A stretch of 64,000 nucleotides of DNA from Utricularia gibba (taxonomy: Eukaryota; Plantae; Magnoliophyta), in assembly GCA_002189035.1 (NCBI GenBank), contig NEEC01000017.1, positions 930,001 through 994,000 of the forward strand, in the 5' to 3' direction. The notes under the pieces were generated by a model. It did no database searches. It was not told the origin of the DNA and saw nothing but the letters and a program-made list of their open reading frames with translations. The position numbers and the translations under genes were made by a program. Positions within the stretch are counted from its first letter, which is position 1. Every line of letters begins with the position of its first letter. This document shows, piece by piece, positions 39,790-52,212 of the stretch.

Positions 39790-41470
39790 TCTAATTTTCT
39801 TCTTCATCATCCTTTGTTTCATGAAATTTTCTTCTGTTGCTAGATGCCATTCTTCTCACATATTTCCTTATTGCATCAAAACACCTAGATTCTAAGTCTA
39901 CATCCTTTTTGATCAAAGTTGATGGAATTTCCAGACTTGTTTTCTCATTGAAAGTAAATTGAGGAAATGGTTTTGGATATAGCATTGGATATAAAGATAT
40001 AAGGTAGATAATATTGATATATTATGAGAACAAACTGTATAGAGAGACCTTATCCCCTAGTTTAGTTTACAACTAATATTTATATTGGTCAATTTAAAAT
40101 GAATCATTAACATATGGAAAAAATTACTAGCTATTGACATCATTATATTTGATAATTGGGCAGACTTTTCTCCTTATCCATGGCTTGTTGAGTTGTCCAA
40201 TTTAAGACAACGATAAGCTAAGCCATTTGGCTCGCTTCTTTTAAGGTCCACCTTACTGAATTGTCCAAGTCATTGCTTTGGTACACAAAGTTATGCGGTC
40301 CATATTATTGTCCAACTTTGTCTTCTTTCGGTTAGTATTTTTTAAAATAAAATCCCAACGATTTATTAGAATTTAAATATTTAAGAATTTGTTTCGCAAG
40401 TTTAAGATGTAGGACAGGTGGTTTATAAAACTTGATAGGAACATTACTGCAAATGTAATTTCAAATCTACTAATACTAAGATAAAGTAGAGTTTTAATCA
40501 TTTATTGATATTCATAAATATTTAGTTACCTTGTTTTAACCTTTCTGTTCCAATGAGCTTCATGTGTGTTCGTTTTTGGAGATCAAATTTGCTTTAAGTT
40601 TCAAATAAGGGAAAAAGGAGTGGCTTCTTCTTTGGCTATAGACATAAAAAAAAAAAAATTAAGTTCTATATGTATTATCGCTAATATGGAAATATAATTC
40701 TTATGTTGGATAATTTTTAATCTTAAAATATGTTGAGAAGATTCCAAGTCTCCTAGGTCAAATCTTTCTTTTAATTATTCTTTTTGTTTGGCAATCATAT
40801 TTTCATTATCATCAGTGAGTAGAATATCATCAACACATAGGATAAACATTATCCTTTTGATATTGGAGTCAAAAGTACAAACTGTAAATCATTCTTGCTT
40901 CATATATATCCCATTTTTTGTAAAGAATGCATTGACTGAATACAATTGCTTCAGAGCCTATTTTAATCAATCCAGAGTCTTTAGCAACCTTAGGACTTTT
41001 TGACCTCCATTTTTCAAAATAAAGTCTGAAAGAGATTGAATATAGATGTATTCATTATGTTAATCATATAGAAAGGTGTTTTTATATCTAAGTGCTGAAA
41101 TTTTCATCATTGGTTGGCAATGCAGTCAATTACTAGCTTTATGGTAGTCTTATCTGATTACTTGAGCAAATGTCTTCCAATAATCTATTCCTTTCCTTTA
41201 AAGCTATCCTTTAAACATATTAGAGTTGATTTTAGTTCTAAATATCCATTTAAAACCACAGATTTGACATTCGGAGGTTTGGAAAATGTTATCCATAATA
41301 TTTTTTCAATTGAAGTTAATTTGTTTTTTATTGACACATTCCAAGCAGGATGCTACAATATTTTATATCGGCTCAAAAGTTAGTGTATGACTAAGGGTGT
41401 CTCATAGATTCTAATAATAGTGTAATATTTTCTCACTAGTTCTTGGTCTATGTCTAAATCTGAATCGCTA
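39790..41470 (-). mobile_element. Degenerate Copia remnants
   Basis: SIEKILWITFSKPPNVKSVV (RT start, about 41.3 kb); 39940-40250 is homologous to 51050-51123 plus 61947-62190. Confidence 0.55.
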
Positions 41471-41619
41471 TATAGAGAATGAGAAATATAACAATGATCA
41501 TCTATCTCAAACGTGGTTTATTTGTTGTAATAATAGGTTTATTTGTTGTAAGTCCTCGGTATTTTTGCTTTGTTCTTGTTGTTTTCTTTCCTCCAGTACA
41601 GACCATAGGTATGCATAGC

Positions 41620-42661
41620 CCAAACGTGGTGGAAGACTCTCACAAAAAAACGAAGCGCGCCTTCAAGCTAGATGAGGAGGATTTGTTGCATGCTATGAAG
41701 CAGATAGTGAAAGAAGGCTGCAAAATTGAGAATGGTTTTAGAGGTGGGTATCACCGAGCGCTGGAGATAGAGTTCTTGAAACTCCGCCTAGGTACTGACA
41801 TCTGTGCACACCCGCACATATCTAGCAGGGTGCATACGTAGAAAAAAGACTACTACCTCTTTGTAGATTTTTTATCAAGATCGGGCACCAGTTTCAGTGA
41901 GCTGACCTACATCGTAGATGCAGAAGAGGAGGTCTGGAAGGAGATTGACCAGGTACGTATCCCATGTACTCACGATGTTATATCCAGTGCTTACCATGTT
42001 ATTATGCCAACATGCACCATGGCTGCACATCCTAAGATACAAAGCATGGGCGTATTACATGGAGTGACAAGAAATCTTTGGAAAGAATCATGCTACAGAA
42101 GATAATACCATGAGCTATGTAGGCACGACCAGGAAGAGGAAATTGACGGAAGATGTTGGGGAGAATTTGGATGCATCTTCGGATTGTCCTTTGGATCCGG
42201 ATAGCACTAGACATGATATGAACTTCTCGTATGCTAACACACCTTGTGACCCATTTGGTTGTGGTGCGGAGGGTGTGAACGTCACCCTTGAGAGTAGGGA
42301 CTTTGAGTCACATAATAGCACTGACTTCTCACGGTGGTCTGGATGGAGCAGACGGGGACCGAGAGGAATCGGTGATGATGTACGATTCCTCAAAGAAATG
42401 AAGGAGCTGAACGTGCACACATGCGAGGAGCTACGTCACTTGGGATTATTAGTGGTGCAGCAAACACGAGAGTTGGTTGACAATCAGCATCAGGCAGGGG
42501 AGATCATCAGAGGTATGCCACTGCAACTAACTACAATCCAATGTTTTACCATAGCAGAGATGATTAGCTCCAACCCTACGAGGTTGCGCTACTTCCTTGC
42601 CTCCAGTGACTGCGAAAGAGAGCTGATTGTGCATAGTCTAGCATTCGAACGTAGATCTTAA
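41620..42661 (+). mobile_element. PIF/Harbinger Myb/SANT ORF1
   Basis: EEDLLHAMKQIVKEGCKIENGFRGGY...HPHISSRVHT*KKDY...EEEVWKEIDQ, intron, then C-terminal AEMISSNPTRLRYFL. Confidence 0.8.
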
Positions 42662-42798
42662 ATCTATTTTGCAGTTTTAGCATTATGTGGGGCTCATGGG
42701 CTAGATGTATTTCATCTTCTAATCATCTTATAAGCAAATATGTATGACATTCCACATGAAAATGTAGGCGAAGGATGATTACATGTAACTGATATAAG

Positions 42799-44280
42799 CA
42801 CTACATAGGGTGGACAGTGTTCCGACGTCGTATGTAGAAGCACTGCGTACGAACAAGCATAATGTTATGCTGTGAAGCACTACTCTATAAACGCGGTGCT
42901 TCGAACGATGCCACATCACAATGCGGTGCTATTGAGAAGTAATGCAATAGCACTGTGTTACCTATTACGAAGCACCGCGTTTGGACACATGATTTACTGG
43001 TCAGTCATGGGTAGCGTATTAAGACGGTGATATTTGCTCTTGAACTCTGTGTTGGTGCCCCAAACATGAGTCAAAAGCTTCAACTTAACGGTGTTGTTCT
43101 TGTTGTCATGCACCGAATAACCAGTGTCCACTGTCCTGGATCCATCCCATTGGAAGACGAGCTTGCTGGCGGCTACAGGTTCTAGTAATTATTGGACCAC
43201 ATCGTGCAATTGTTCATTGAAACATGTTGTCGATAAAATCAATGGCCAGCATCATGCGGACCCCATTGCATGCTAACTGGGCAATCTTACTATCCTCTCG
43301 AAGACCAAATGGCGACGTCAAAGTGTTCCATGCAAAACTGTATCAACTCACGCGCACCTGGTCGGAGATACACTACATCCACAATAATAGTATCAAAACT
43401 TGCAACAAATATTAAATGCATATAAAATACATCGCATTACCATTTCACCCGTAAATGATGGCGTTGAGCTTCGTCATTCCCCACTTGACATCCCAATGAT
43501 ACACAATGTCCACAAGTACGTCATTCACATTGAATATTAACAACTTCCGTGGTGGGGCTGCGTTGTCGCTCGACAGTCCACCATATGGCCACCTGCATTC
43601 ATACCATGCAAGCCATCGACAGAGTTCAAGATTATCTGCATATAGTCTCTCCAACTCGGTGTACTTTGCAATGGTAGCACCACACCCATCATCATGCATC
43701 GAGATCGGTGTTGGTCCGTCACTTTAACTGCTTCCTTCTAGCTGCACATTTTCATCCTCTTTATGGGTCACCTCTTCTGCATCTTCATTCGTACTCTTAC
43801 GCTGTTTACTGTGTCAAGGAGTTCCACATCACAGATGTTGTTTTCTAAGAGCATTGATAAAGGGTGGCAAGACATCCTCAAGTGACTTTGTTATGCTAGA
43901 GAACAAATTCACAAACCTCTCTACTGCATGACTTCTGTTGTAGACAAATTTAGAATATTTGAAGTATTTGCATGTGATTACCTGATGGGTGTCCAACATT
44001 CTCTGATACTGTCAACCTTGTTGGTCATTTTGGATAGTTGGGTGGGCATACCCATATGAAACTAGTCCACCAATCATCATATGTGCTTCTCACGTTTATA
44101 ACCAGAACCACGCCAAGTTTTCCATGAAGATAGTGCAGACTCCCCTTACGTTGCACACATGCGGAAACTACAGAGAAGACATGCATTTTCGGAGGTATAT
44201 CTTCCTCTTCACAGATCTGTAGAAACGCGAGTACGTGAGCCACATAACATGGTGTCAAGTGCGAGAGTGGGATCTGGAGT
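42799..44280 (-). mobile_element. CACTA transposon end with cargo, truncated by an Athila fragment
   Basis: Terminus CACTACA at 42799, followed by subterminal AAGCAC(C/T)GCGT-type repeats in both orientations (42838, 42891, 42921, 42948, 42970). Confidence 0.7.
42994..43549 (-). pseudogene. FCP1-homology (NIF/HAD-like phosphatase family) gene fragment, 3 exons
   Basis: RKLLIFNVNDVLVDIV | VYLRPGARELIQFCMEHFDVAIWSSR | KLVFQWDGSRTVDTGYSVHDNK..KLLTHVW..YHRLNTL. Introns 43373-43440 (GT-AG) and about 43218-43290 (GTAAGA donor, acceptor apparently mutated); in-frame stops. Confidence 0.8.
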
Positions 44281-44284
44281 GCAG

Positions 44285-46229
44285 TCACTCCAAGGCTCGC
44301 TCAGTGAGACTGAAAGGGAAGACCCGCAGCTTGACTTGGTTCTCCATAGCACCTTTTGGGCACATGGATGCACAACCCGTGTGTAACTCTCTAAGATGAC
44401 GATTTCGGTCATCATTTTCTCTCCCAGCAAACTTTGGAAGTGTCTGGAATAGATATGGGCGAAGCTCAAAGTCCTCTTCCGCATCAAAGATGATACAAAG
44501 TGGTCGGTCAGCATGGTTGGCGGTGATTTCTTCTTTGATGGTCCTTAGTGCTGGGCCATGATTAGTGATCGGCAGAACTGGAAAAAATTGCGGATGTTGT
44601 TGCTCCTGTTCTCCATGCATTGTGGGGACTCCAGCAGGTGGTTGAGCGTCCATTTCTTTGTCAGGAGATAGATTTGAAGTGAGTTCTCTCTTTTTCACCA
44701 GAAATGTGCGGTCAATCTCCGGATCTAAAGGGCACAAGATGTCTCGGTACGATCTCAAGCGTCGGTGACCCTTCGATGGAGCTGAATGCATAAAAACAAA
44801 GAAAAACAGCAGCAAAACAAAAACAAAAGAAAAACAAGAAGAAAGAAAGAAAAAGAAAAACTATACATAACACTAAACACAAAAATACACAACTCCCCGA
44901 AAATGGCGCCAAAAATTTGTTGCGTGTCGTTTCCTCAACAGATTTTAAATATTTATAAAACTTAAAACACAAAAAAGCGTAGTACGAGTATCGATCTCAG
45001 GGAGTTGTTTTTCATGAAAACTGTTTGTAAGAAACTTTTACGAAATGCCACGGTTTTGCAAAAGGGGGTTTTTTAAGATGTAGCAATAAAAGTTACAACT
45101 TAAGTGATAGGCCTTGACTACAGGATGTAGTTCCTGGGAATCAGATTCCATCTCCTTCCTTTGTCCGTCCTTGTCTCGGTTTTCACTTATTTCTTCTGAA
45201 TAGCTGGTTATAGGAGCAAGGAATAGCCGACTCTCCCTTACACTCTGATTGACAAGGAGGCACGGGAATAGCCTCATGTGATTCCCCCTTGGAAGATTAG
45301 GAAGACAAGAGGATTGCCTTCGGTTGCCTTCAAAACCGAATTGCGCACGTGTGCCCAACTGTTGCTAATGGCCAGTGGCGGGTCCGAGGTCACAACCTGT
45401 CCACTGTCACGATACCTAGGCCACAAACAATCCGCTACTTCCCTCGAACCGGTAGGGTTGGAGTTGGTTCTCTTCACCTTGATCTTCAGCAAAATCTACA
45501 AGGAGTGGCCTGCTACTCATGGACCTTGACTAGGAATCATTACAGAAAGATGCAATAAGACACGTGGAAGTATGCAGAATCCGAAATCAATTCAGCAAAG
45601 AACGGAGTGTATTGCTCAGGACTTCGAAGGAAACTTCATCTTCTCCTAGAAAGTAAAGGGTTTTAGCCAAAAAGGGCCATGAAAAGAAAAACAAAAAGGG
45701 AAACTAAGTATACTTCCTCCTTGGAGGGGAGGAAGAACTCAAAAGTTCCAAGTCTAAAAAGAAAGGTTCAAAAGTCCGAAACTAAGTGGTCCAAATGGTT
45801 TTTATATCACTCCCCACGTGCATTAACTCCTTTGGGTCCCCTTCCCATCATTCATTCTGTCTTGTGTGCACCACCAGACTTCCTTTGCATGCAGGTTAGC
45901 GCCTAATCATTTCTGCGGACTCTGGCATGTCGTAAGTCAGGGGCCTTGACCAGTGTCAGTCTTCCGCCCACAATCGTTCCAACTCGTGTACAAGGCACGA
46001 AAACTCGGAGTCTGACCATCTGCAATACTCTTGCAACACTCCGCCACAGTCTCCTGACATGTCTCGGTCAAAGTGTGAGAAAAAAGACAGAAAATATATA
46101 CAAAATAGGAAAATAAGAATTTTCTAATAAAAATAAAATACTTAATGATAAGACTCCTAATTTGGATGACTTAATACTAGATTAACACCTAATAATACCT
46201 AATAAATAACTAGAAAATGACACTTAACA
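44285..46229 (-). mobile_element. Athila-like 5' LTR (44918-46229), PBS and gag N-terminus (family B)
   Basis: LTR end CAACA followed by AATTTTTGGCGCC (Athila-type PBS); gag LDPEIDRTF..FELRPYLFQTLPKFAG..VKLRVFPFSL. Confidence 0.9.
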
Positions 46230-46549
46230 TATTCCTACTACACTTAAATCATGTTTGTCATCAAGTATGAAAATCATAGCAGTCCACGAAAAAAGGGTAG
46301 AACCTAAGTCATGATGCATTACTAAGGTACATTCATCCTACAACAGGTGTTTACTTCAATTCTTTTCCTATCCTTCCATCAAATTAAGGCAAGCCACTCA
46401 AGTTCGCATGCATTTGATAAAGATTTAACCAATGACTACTTATACACTTACATCATCAAGGCAAAAACATCAAAGAACATACACTATAGTGACTCAATAA
46501 CTTTTTTTTTTTTTTCAGATAGAGGTCCCTGCTTTGGGGAAGAATGTTT

Positions 46550-47782
46550 GGATTACGAAACCTCATGTGTGGTGTTAACCACGGTTTCGCCAAACATCCT
46601 TACCTTTGGCACCCCTTGGATCGGCCACCATCTCCTTTCGAATGAGGTTATGGAGCAAAGTACATGCCAATACAATCCGATTCTGTGTATCTACCGAATA
46701 GTAGCTAGCCGACCTTAGTATAGCCCACCGCATCTTCATCAAGCCCCAAGCTTGTTCAATCACATTCCTAGATGATGCATGCCACATGTTGAATAGCTCT
46801 TTCGCATTCTGGGGTACTCTATTTCCCTATCCCCACTCCTTCAAGTAATAACAGACTCCACGGTATGGTGTCTAAAAAGCCCTCCCTATTGGCGTATCCA
46901 TTGTCACATAGGTAATATATTCTTGTGTCAGCACGTATTCATTGCCATAAAATGATTGGAATCACAAGCAAGGGCTAAGAAAGTGAAACATCTGGGCGAA
47001 CACGAAAGCCATCGGATCTTGAAAGTGCATCCCTTAGCACTCGACTATCTACAGCAGACCCCTCCCTCCCACCAAGTATATATATAAATTTCATGTTTTC
47101 ATCACATACACCCAACATGTTAGTGGATATCACACCTTTTTTATTTCTGTACCTTGCAACTTCAAATTTCTTAACTCGTATACCACCATCTATGGCCCAA
47201 CACAACCTTGCAAATGCATAATCAATTTTAGATACATTCTAAAAAACATGTATGAAAGATGTATTTACCTGGAGGTATTTCAACTTTCCTTCGGATGCAC
47301 GTTCTCCAGCAGTTACTAGGGTCTCTAAGAGCACCTCATGAAGGCAAAGGACCGCATGCAACACCTTTTAGAAGCATCGAGACACAGTTTCGGTGCTCCT
47401 CCTATAAACATGCTTCTGCACTTGCATTCTTTTATGTTGACCTAATATTCCTAAAAACATGCAAACCATCTCCGAAATCGTAACATATTTTCCATCCTTT
47501 AAACTAGAACGATTTTCTAACAAGCTACATAAAAATACCGAAGGCATCTCGGCTGATTCTCAGGTTCTCAATGGATGCGCTATTCACATCACTCACCAAC
47601 CTACTAACACACTCAATTTGTTTAGGAATCTTGTCTGCAAGGGAATACCTGCGTGTCACCCAATATCCCGTACGGTAATTTTTCCAATATAAGTATATTA
47701 ACACATTCATCCCAACCAAGTACTCGGTTAATATTGCCGCAGCCGCAATCAAGATGACATGATCCTCACTAGAAAAATCCAT
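46550..47782 (-). mobile_element. PIF/Harbinger DDE transposase (disrupted), convergent with ORF1 at 41.6 kb
   Basis: ENLRISRDAF, WAIDG, YRNKKGVISTNMLGVCDENMKFIYILGGREGSAVDSRVL, RNVIEQAWGLMKMRWAIL..ACTLLHNLI. Confidence 0.9.
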
Positions 47783-47949
47783 GTCCCCTTAACAATAGCA
47801 AAAATTGAGCAAAATAAATCCACACACACAACATCATTGATTTTGAAATTGAAAAATCAGAGAACACAACCACTATAGACGTGCTGCCATGGACAAACCC
47901 ACCCTTTGCACACAAAGTGCATGCGATGCCGCCGGTAATCAGACCATTT

Positions 47950-48554
47950 TCATTGCTATGTTATGAACATGTTTCCTTTTATTTCAGCATGAGTGGATAA
48001 ATATACATAACGCCTTGAGTTAGAAGGGAGTGTGCATGATTATTACTTATTGGATTACATTAGCTCGGTAATCAAACCATTTTCTTATCAAAGTAGGGTA
48101 GATCTAGGAGGGAGAAGTGGTTATATTCATCATAAACAACGTAGCTAGAGGTAGACCAAAAGTTAGGAAAAATCAAGAGTTTGGATAGACTTGAATCCTT
48201 ATATTGTTAGATGAATGATTATCAAATTTGGTGGTTAAGTATAGCAATGATTATGTCACTCTTGACAATTAGTAATGATCATGTCACTCCTGAAAGTTAA
48301 TAATGATCATGTCATTCTTGGAAGCTTGAAGACATTGTGTTATATTTTTCTAGTTAGTAGTTGAATTTACCTGTTATTTCTTTACTAACTTTATTGGAGA
48401 CTTGCATTAGTCCTAACTCAGACTAAATATTTTAACTATGACAAAAACACCATCTATCAACATTCACACAAGAAGCACATAGCTTCTTGTATTCAACCCT
48501 AGTCAACTATACTCATATTTGCATTTTAACGACGTGTAAATTTTTCATTTATCA
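47950..48554 (+). mobile_element. Athila-like LTR 3' fragment
   Basis: CATGAGTGGATAA, GGTAGACCAAAAG and AGCACATAGC blocks; terminus TTTCATTTATCA. Confidence 0.65.
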
Positions 48555-48599
48555 CGTCTTCATCATTTAACAGGTATATATGATTGTTGTTCCACAGAT

Positions 48600-49850
48600 A
48601 TATCCTTACTTTCATGGATAAAGGAGGCTTCAAAATATCATTAAGAAACAATATATGAATTCCATAATTTTTTGAATTATGAAATTCATAATTGAGAATA
48701 ATTTCACATTCAAAGGTGGTGAATCATCCATGATTACATCAGTGTTTTTTTGAGTTTCAATCATGTTATTTTTGGGAATCTATATTCAGTATATTTGATT
48801 AATTTATGAGTATCCCATAAGAATTCTTATCTAAGAGTGATTTTCAAATTTATTCCTCTTTTATCTAGATATGAAGACAGCAATATCTTGATACTATTCA
48901 AATTTGAAGACTTTCCGTACCATATTTTATAAAATATTTTTTCAAATATAACTCTTATGGTAGGAAGTTTGTTAAGATGCAATACAGTATTGAAAACTTC
49001 TTCAAGATATGATCTAAAAGGAGACATTAGATTATATTTATAATGGTGCAATTCTTTCTTTCATATACATTCATGAGATAACACACATGGTTTGCTACTA
49101 GCTTTATTTTTGGCATTTCAAAGTTAAGATCCTTTTTTGAAGACACTTCTACTCATTTTACCAAGTAGACATGTATTATAAAGTTGATTACATACTTATA
49201 ATTCAACTATGTCATTCATAAGCCCCTTGGATTGAGCTTATTATAGTAAAGCAAGTATAATCCTCAAACATTTTTTATAACCATCTTCCATAATTCACTA
49301 GCAATCATTAGGTTATGTGAGGCTTGGTTAACATAAAAACACATATGCGATTTTAATGAGACATTGATCTGTATCATTACAAATCAAGCCAGCTACTTGA
49401 GCAAAAATTGAAGTTTCGTTATTCAGAATCTTCCAGAAAATTACAATGACATAAATATAGATTGATCATTTGATAAATGACTACTATACACACAATCAAT
49501 AATCTAGGTGATCTTATGTCTATAACCTTAACTTCTATGAGTATATCCTTTCAATTTTTATTGATATCATCAATCAATATATTGTTCATTTTAGTCAATA
49601 TGTTCTCAATACTATTTGAGAAGTCTAAGAGTTTTTGGGTACGTGGTTTACTTAGTGCGATACATCTTCTCTATATGTCCTTTTTTAGTGCACATGGTGC
49701 AATAGGCTTCAAGGTTTCAATACTAGCTAACTATTAGATTCATTTGAGTATAGTAGGCACATGGAGGATATAATCCTTTTATCTCCTTTCTTGGTTGAAT
49801 GTTGAATTTAATTTAAGGTTGATATCTTATCTTACTTTTGAAAGATCTTC
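48600..49850 (-). mobile_element. Degenerate Copia GAG-pre-integrase/integrase
   Basis: NTCLLGKMSRSVF; YLEEVFNTVLHLNKLPT..YKIWYGKSSNLNSIK. Confidence 0.65.
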
Positions 49851-49908
49851 TAAACTTTTTCAATAGTTTTCTACATATGGTGATTTAATAGCTACTCGAG
49901 AGTTAGAG

Positions 49909-50378
49909 CAGTGTTTTAAAAACCTGGGTTCAATCCATGATTTAATCGAGTTAGATCCAAACCCATGTTTTGATGAATTGGATCCAACTCTACTTTTTAT
50001 TTTTAATTTTTTATTATTTATTTAATGAGAATGATTCTAAACAAATATAAAATATGTTATAAATATTTGATATATATTTCAAATAAATTTTACTAATTAT
50101 ATTTTTATATATGTGTATTTAAATTACACATTCTTTGAATGAAATATGAAACAGTAAATATGATTTAGATAAAACTTTTTAATGTAATTGTATCAATTAT
50201 TGATACACATATTTTTATTTTTTTTATTTTTTAATATTTTGATGTACTAAATTATGATTTTATAATTGCATTCTAATATTTTAAAATTAAGTAACCCGGT
50301 TCAACCAATTTTAAAAAGGCTTCAACCCGAAATGATAGTTAAATGGTTCAATGGATTCAACCTTTTTTTAAAACACTG
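49909..50378. mobile_element. Non-autonomous hAT element
   Basis: TIR CAGTGTTTTAAAA / TTTTAAAACACTG; perfect 8-bp TSD AGTTAGAG (49901-49908, 50379-50386); subterminal GGTTCAA repeats. Confidence 0.9.
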
Positions 50379-50399
50379 AGTTAGAGTTTCAAGAAGATG

Positions 50400-51123
50400 G
50401 ATGGTTTCTAACTATTTTATGACTAAATCAAACTTTACTAGTGCGCCCCTAATGACTCAAGGTTTCAGTTTTCGTTCTTTGCAATCATCTACCACTTCAT
50501 CAACTCCTTTTAACTTTTCAATTTTTTTAAAAGTTTCTATGTGCTGAACTCCACCTCTTCTTCTCTAATTTTAAAATTGAAGAATTGATTCCATAATAAT
50601 TGGATTTCTCTTCTTTGATCTTGTTTTTCTTTATACACTTTTTGTAGAGTAAGCTATGCTTCCCAAGGTAATTTTATAGTGATATATCGGTCGATATCTC
50701 TTATAAAAATAGTTGCAAACACCATTAAAACTTAAATTTCTTTCTCACAATATGTTTGTTCCATAGCAAATTTTTCTTCTACTATGCCCTCAAACCAAGG
50801 TTTTGTGTTTATGAAGTTCTAAATCCCATATGGTTGAAGGAAGATTTTCATCTTTCGATCCCAAATGTCATTTTTTTTTATCAAACATTATGTATGATAT
50901 ATTTATTACAAGCATATTGGAGATCATTCTACAAAGTTGCACATAGGAGAACAAACATAGGTCAATATCAATAAAAAAAAGTAAGAGTCAATTGAACCAA
51001 GGGTTTAAAGAATGATCTATGTTCTATTTTCCTTCACTTTGAGTTCACAATGAAAACAATATTGAGAAAGTGGTCTGTGTAGTTTTAGATGTAGTATTGG
51101 ATGTAGAGATATAAGGTAGACAA
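50400..51123 (-). mobile_element. Old Copia RT remnant, left half of the target of the 51.1-kb Copia
   Basis: Minus HSLNPWFN*L and DIDLCLF; joins to 61947 by homology with 39940-40030. Confidence 0.5.
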
Positions 51124-51345
51124 TGTTGAAAATAGTTAAAGTATATTTGTAATTGTATAAGTGTTTGTTGTACATATATAGATGCATGTTGTAAATGAAA
51201 TCCTAGCAGTTTGGTTTATAATGAGGTACAAGCACTTTGTGCCCAACTTGCATTAATTAGTGAAATGATTAGTTCTTGGGATAAGGTTATGTACTTTCTC
51301 GAAGGATTAAAAGGCTGTTATAAGGGCATGGTGAATGTGATTTAC

Positions 51346-52212
51346 GGCTGATTTTGTAAATTAACTTTGTCAGAATATATTTATTGTTCATTTACCTTTG
51401 ACTCTTCAACTTATTTGTTCTTTACCTTTTTTAATCTTTTTTATTGGCAATTTACCTTAGTTACTCTCATTCTTTCTGTTTTACCTTTGTTTCTAGTTTT
51501 ATTAATAATTTATTTTTAGTAATCATTTATATTAGAAATTTATATTTATTTTAATCTCTAAATTTTAAATTCTAAAACTAAATTCCAAATTTACAATTCA
51601 AATAATCTAAATCATAATCTTTAAACTCTAAAATCTAAATCTTAAATCGAAAACTTTAAACGTACAAACCTAAATTTCAGTTCTGAAATTCTAAACCCTA
51701 GACTTTCAAAATTAAATTCGAATTGTAAACTAAACCTCAAAAATTCAATTCTATACCCCAAATCAATTCTAAATCATAAAATATAATCATAAATTTCGAA
51801 AATCTTAATATTATACTGTTTCTAAAGTATAAATACTAAATTTAAACTTTCGATTGAAACCGTAAATTTTGAAAATAAAATATATTAACAATATTTAGAA
51901 TAAATATTCAAAAAATACGTCTAGTAAATTTATTAAAAATGAAATATATAAAAATCATAAAGATAATATAAAATACAAAAAATAACTTTATTTTTGTTAA
52001 TATTACAAATTTTAATGAAGTTAATATAAATAAAAAAAAGTTAAGATATTTACCCAACTACTTCTTTAACTGAGGTAATACAAAAAGAATTACACAAGAT
52101 AGGGTATAATACCAATTATATTTAAAAATGAAGGTAAAACAATAACAGATTTAAAAAGTAAGGGAATTTAAAAATGTTTTTAAAAAAATAGGGTATTTCA
52201 CCTATTTCCTCT
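51346..52212. mobile_element. Non-autonomous MULE-like insertion
   Basis: 9-bp direct repeat GTGATTTAC at 51337-51345 and 52213-52221; AT-rich body with TTACC-rich ends; TIRs degenerate. Confidence 0.75.

Noticed and set aside
39791-39985. 64-aa ORF MLYPKPFPQFTF... as a small host gene
   Set aside because: It lies in a repeat homologous to 51050-51123 and 61947-62190; another frame reads KQVWKFHQL, like Copia RT WKIHQLDV.
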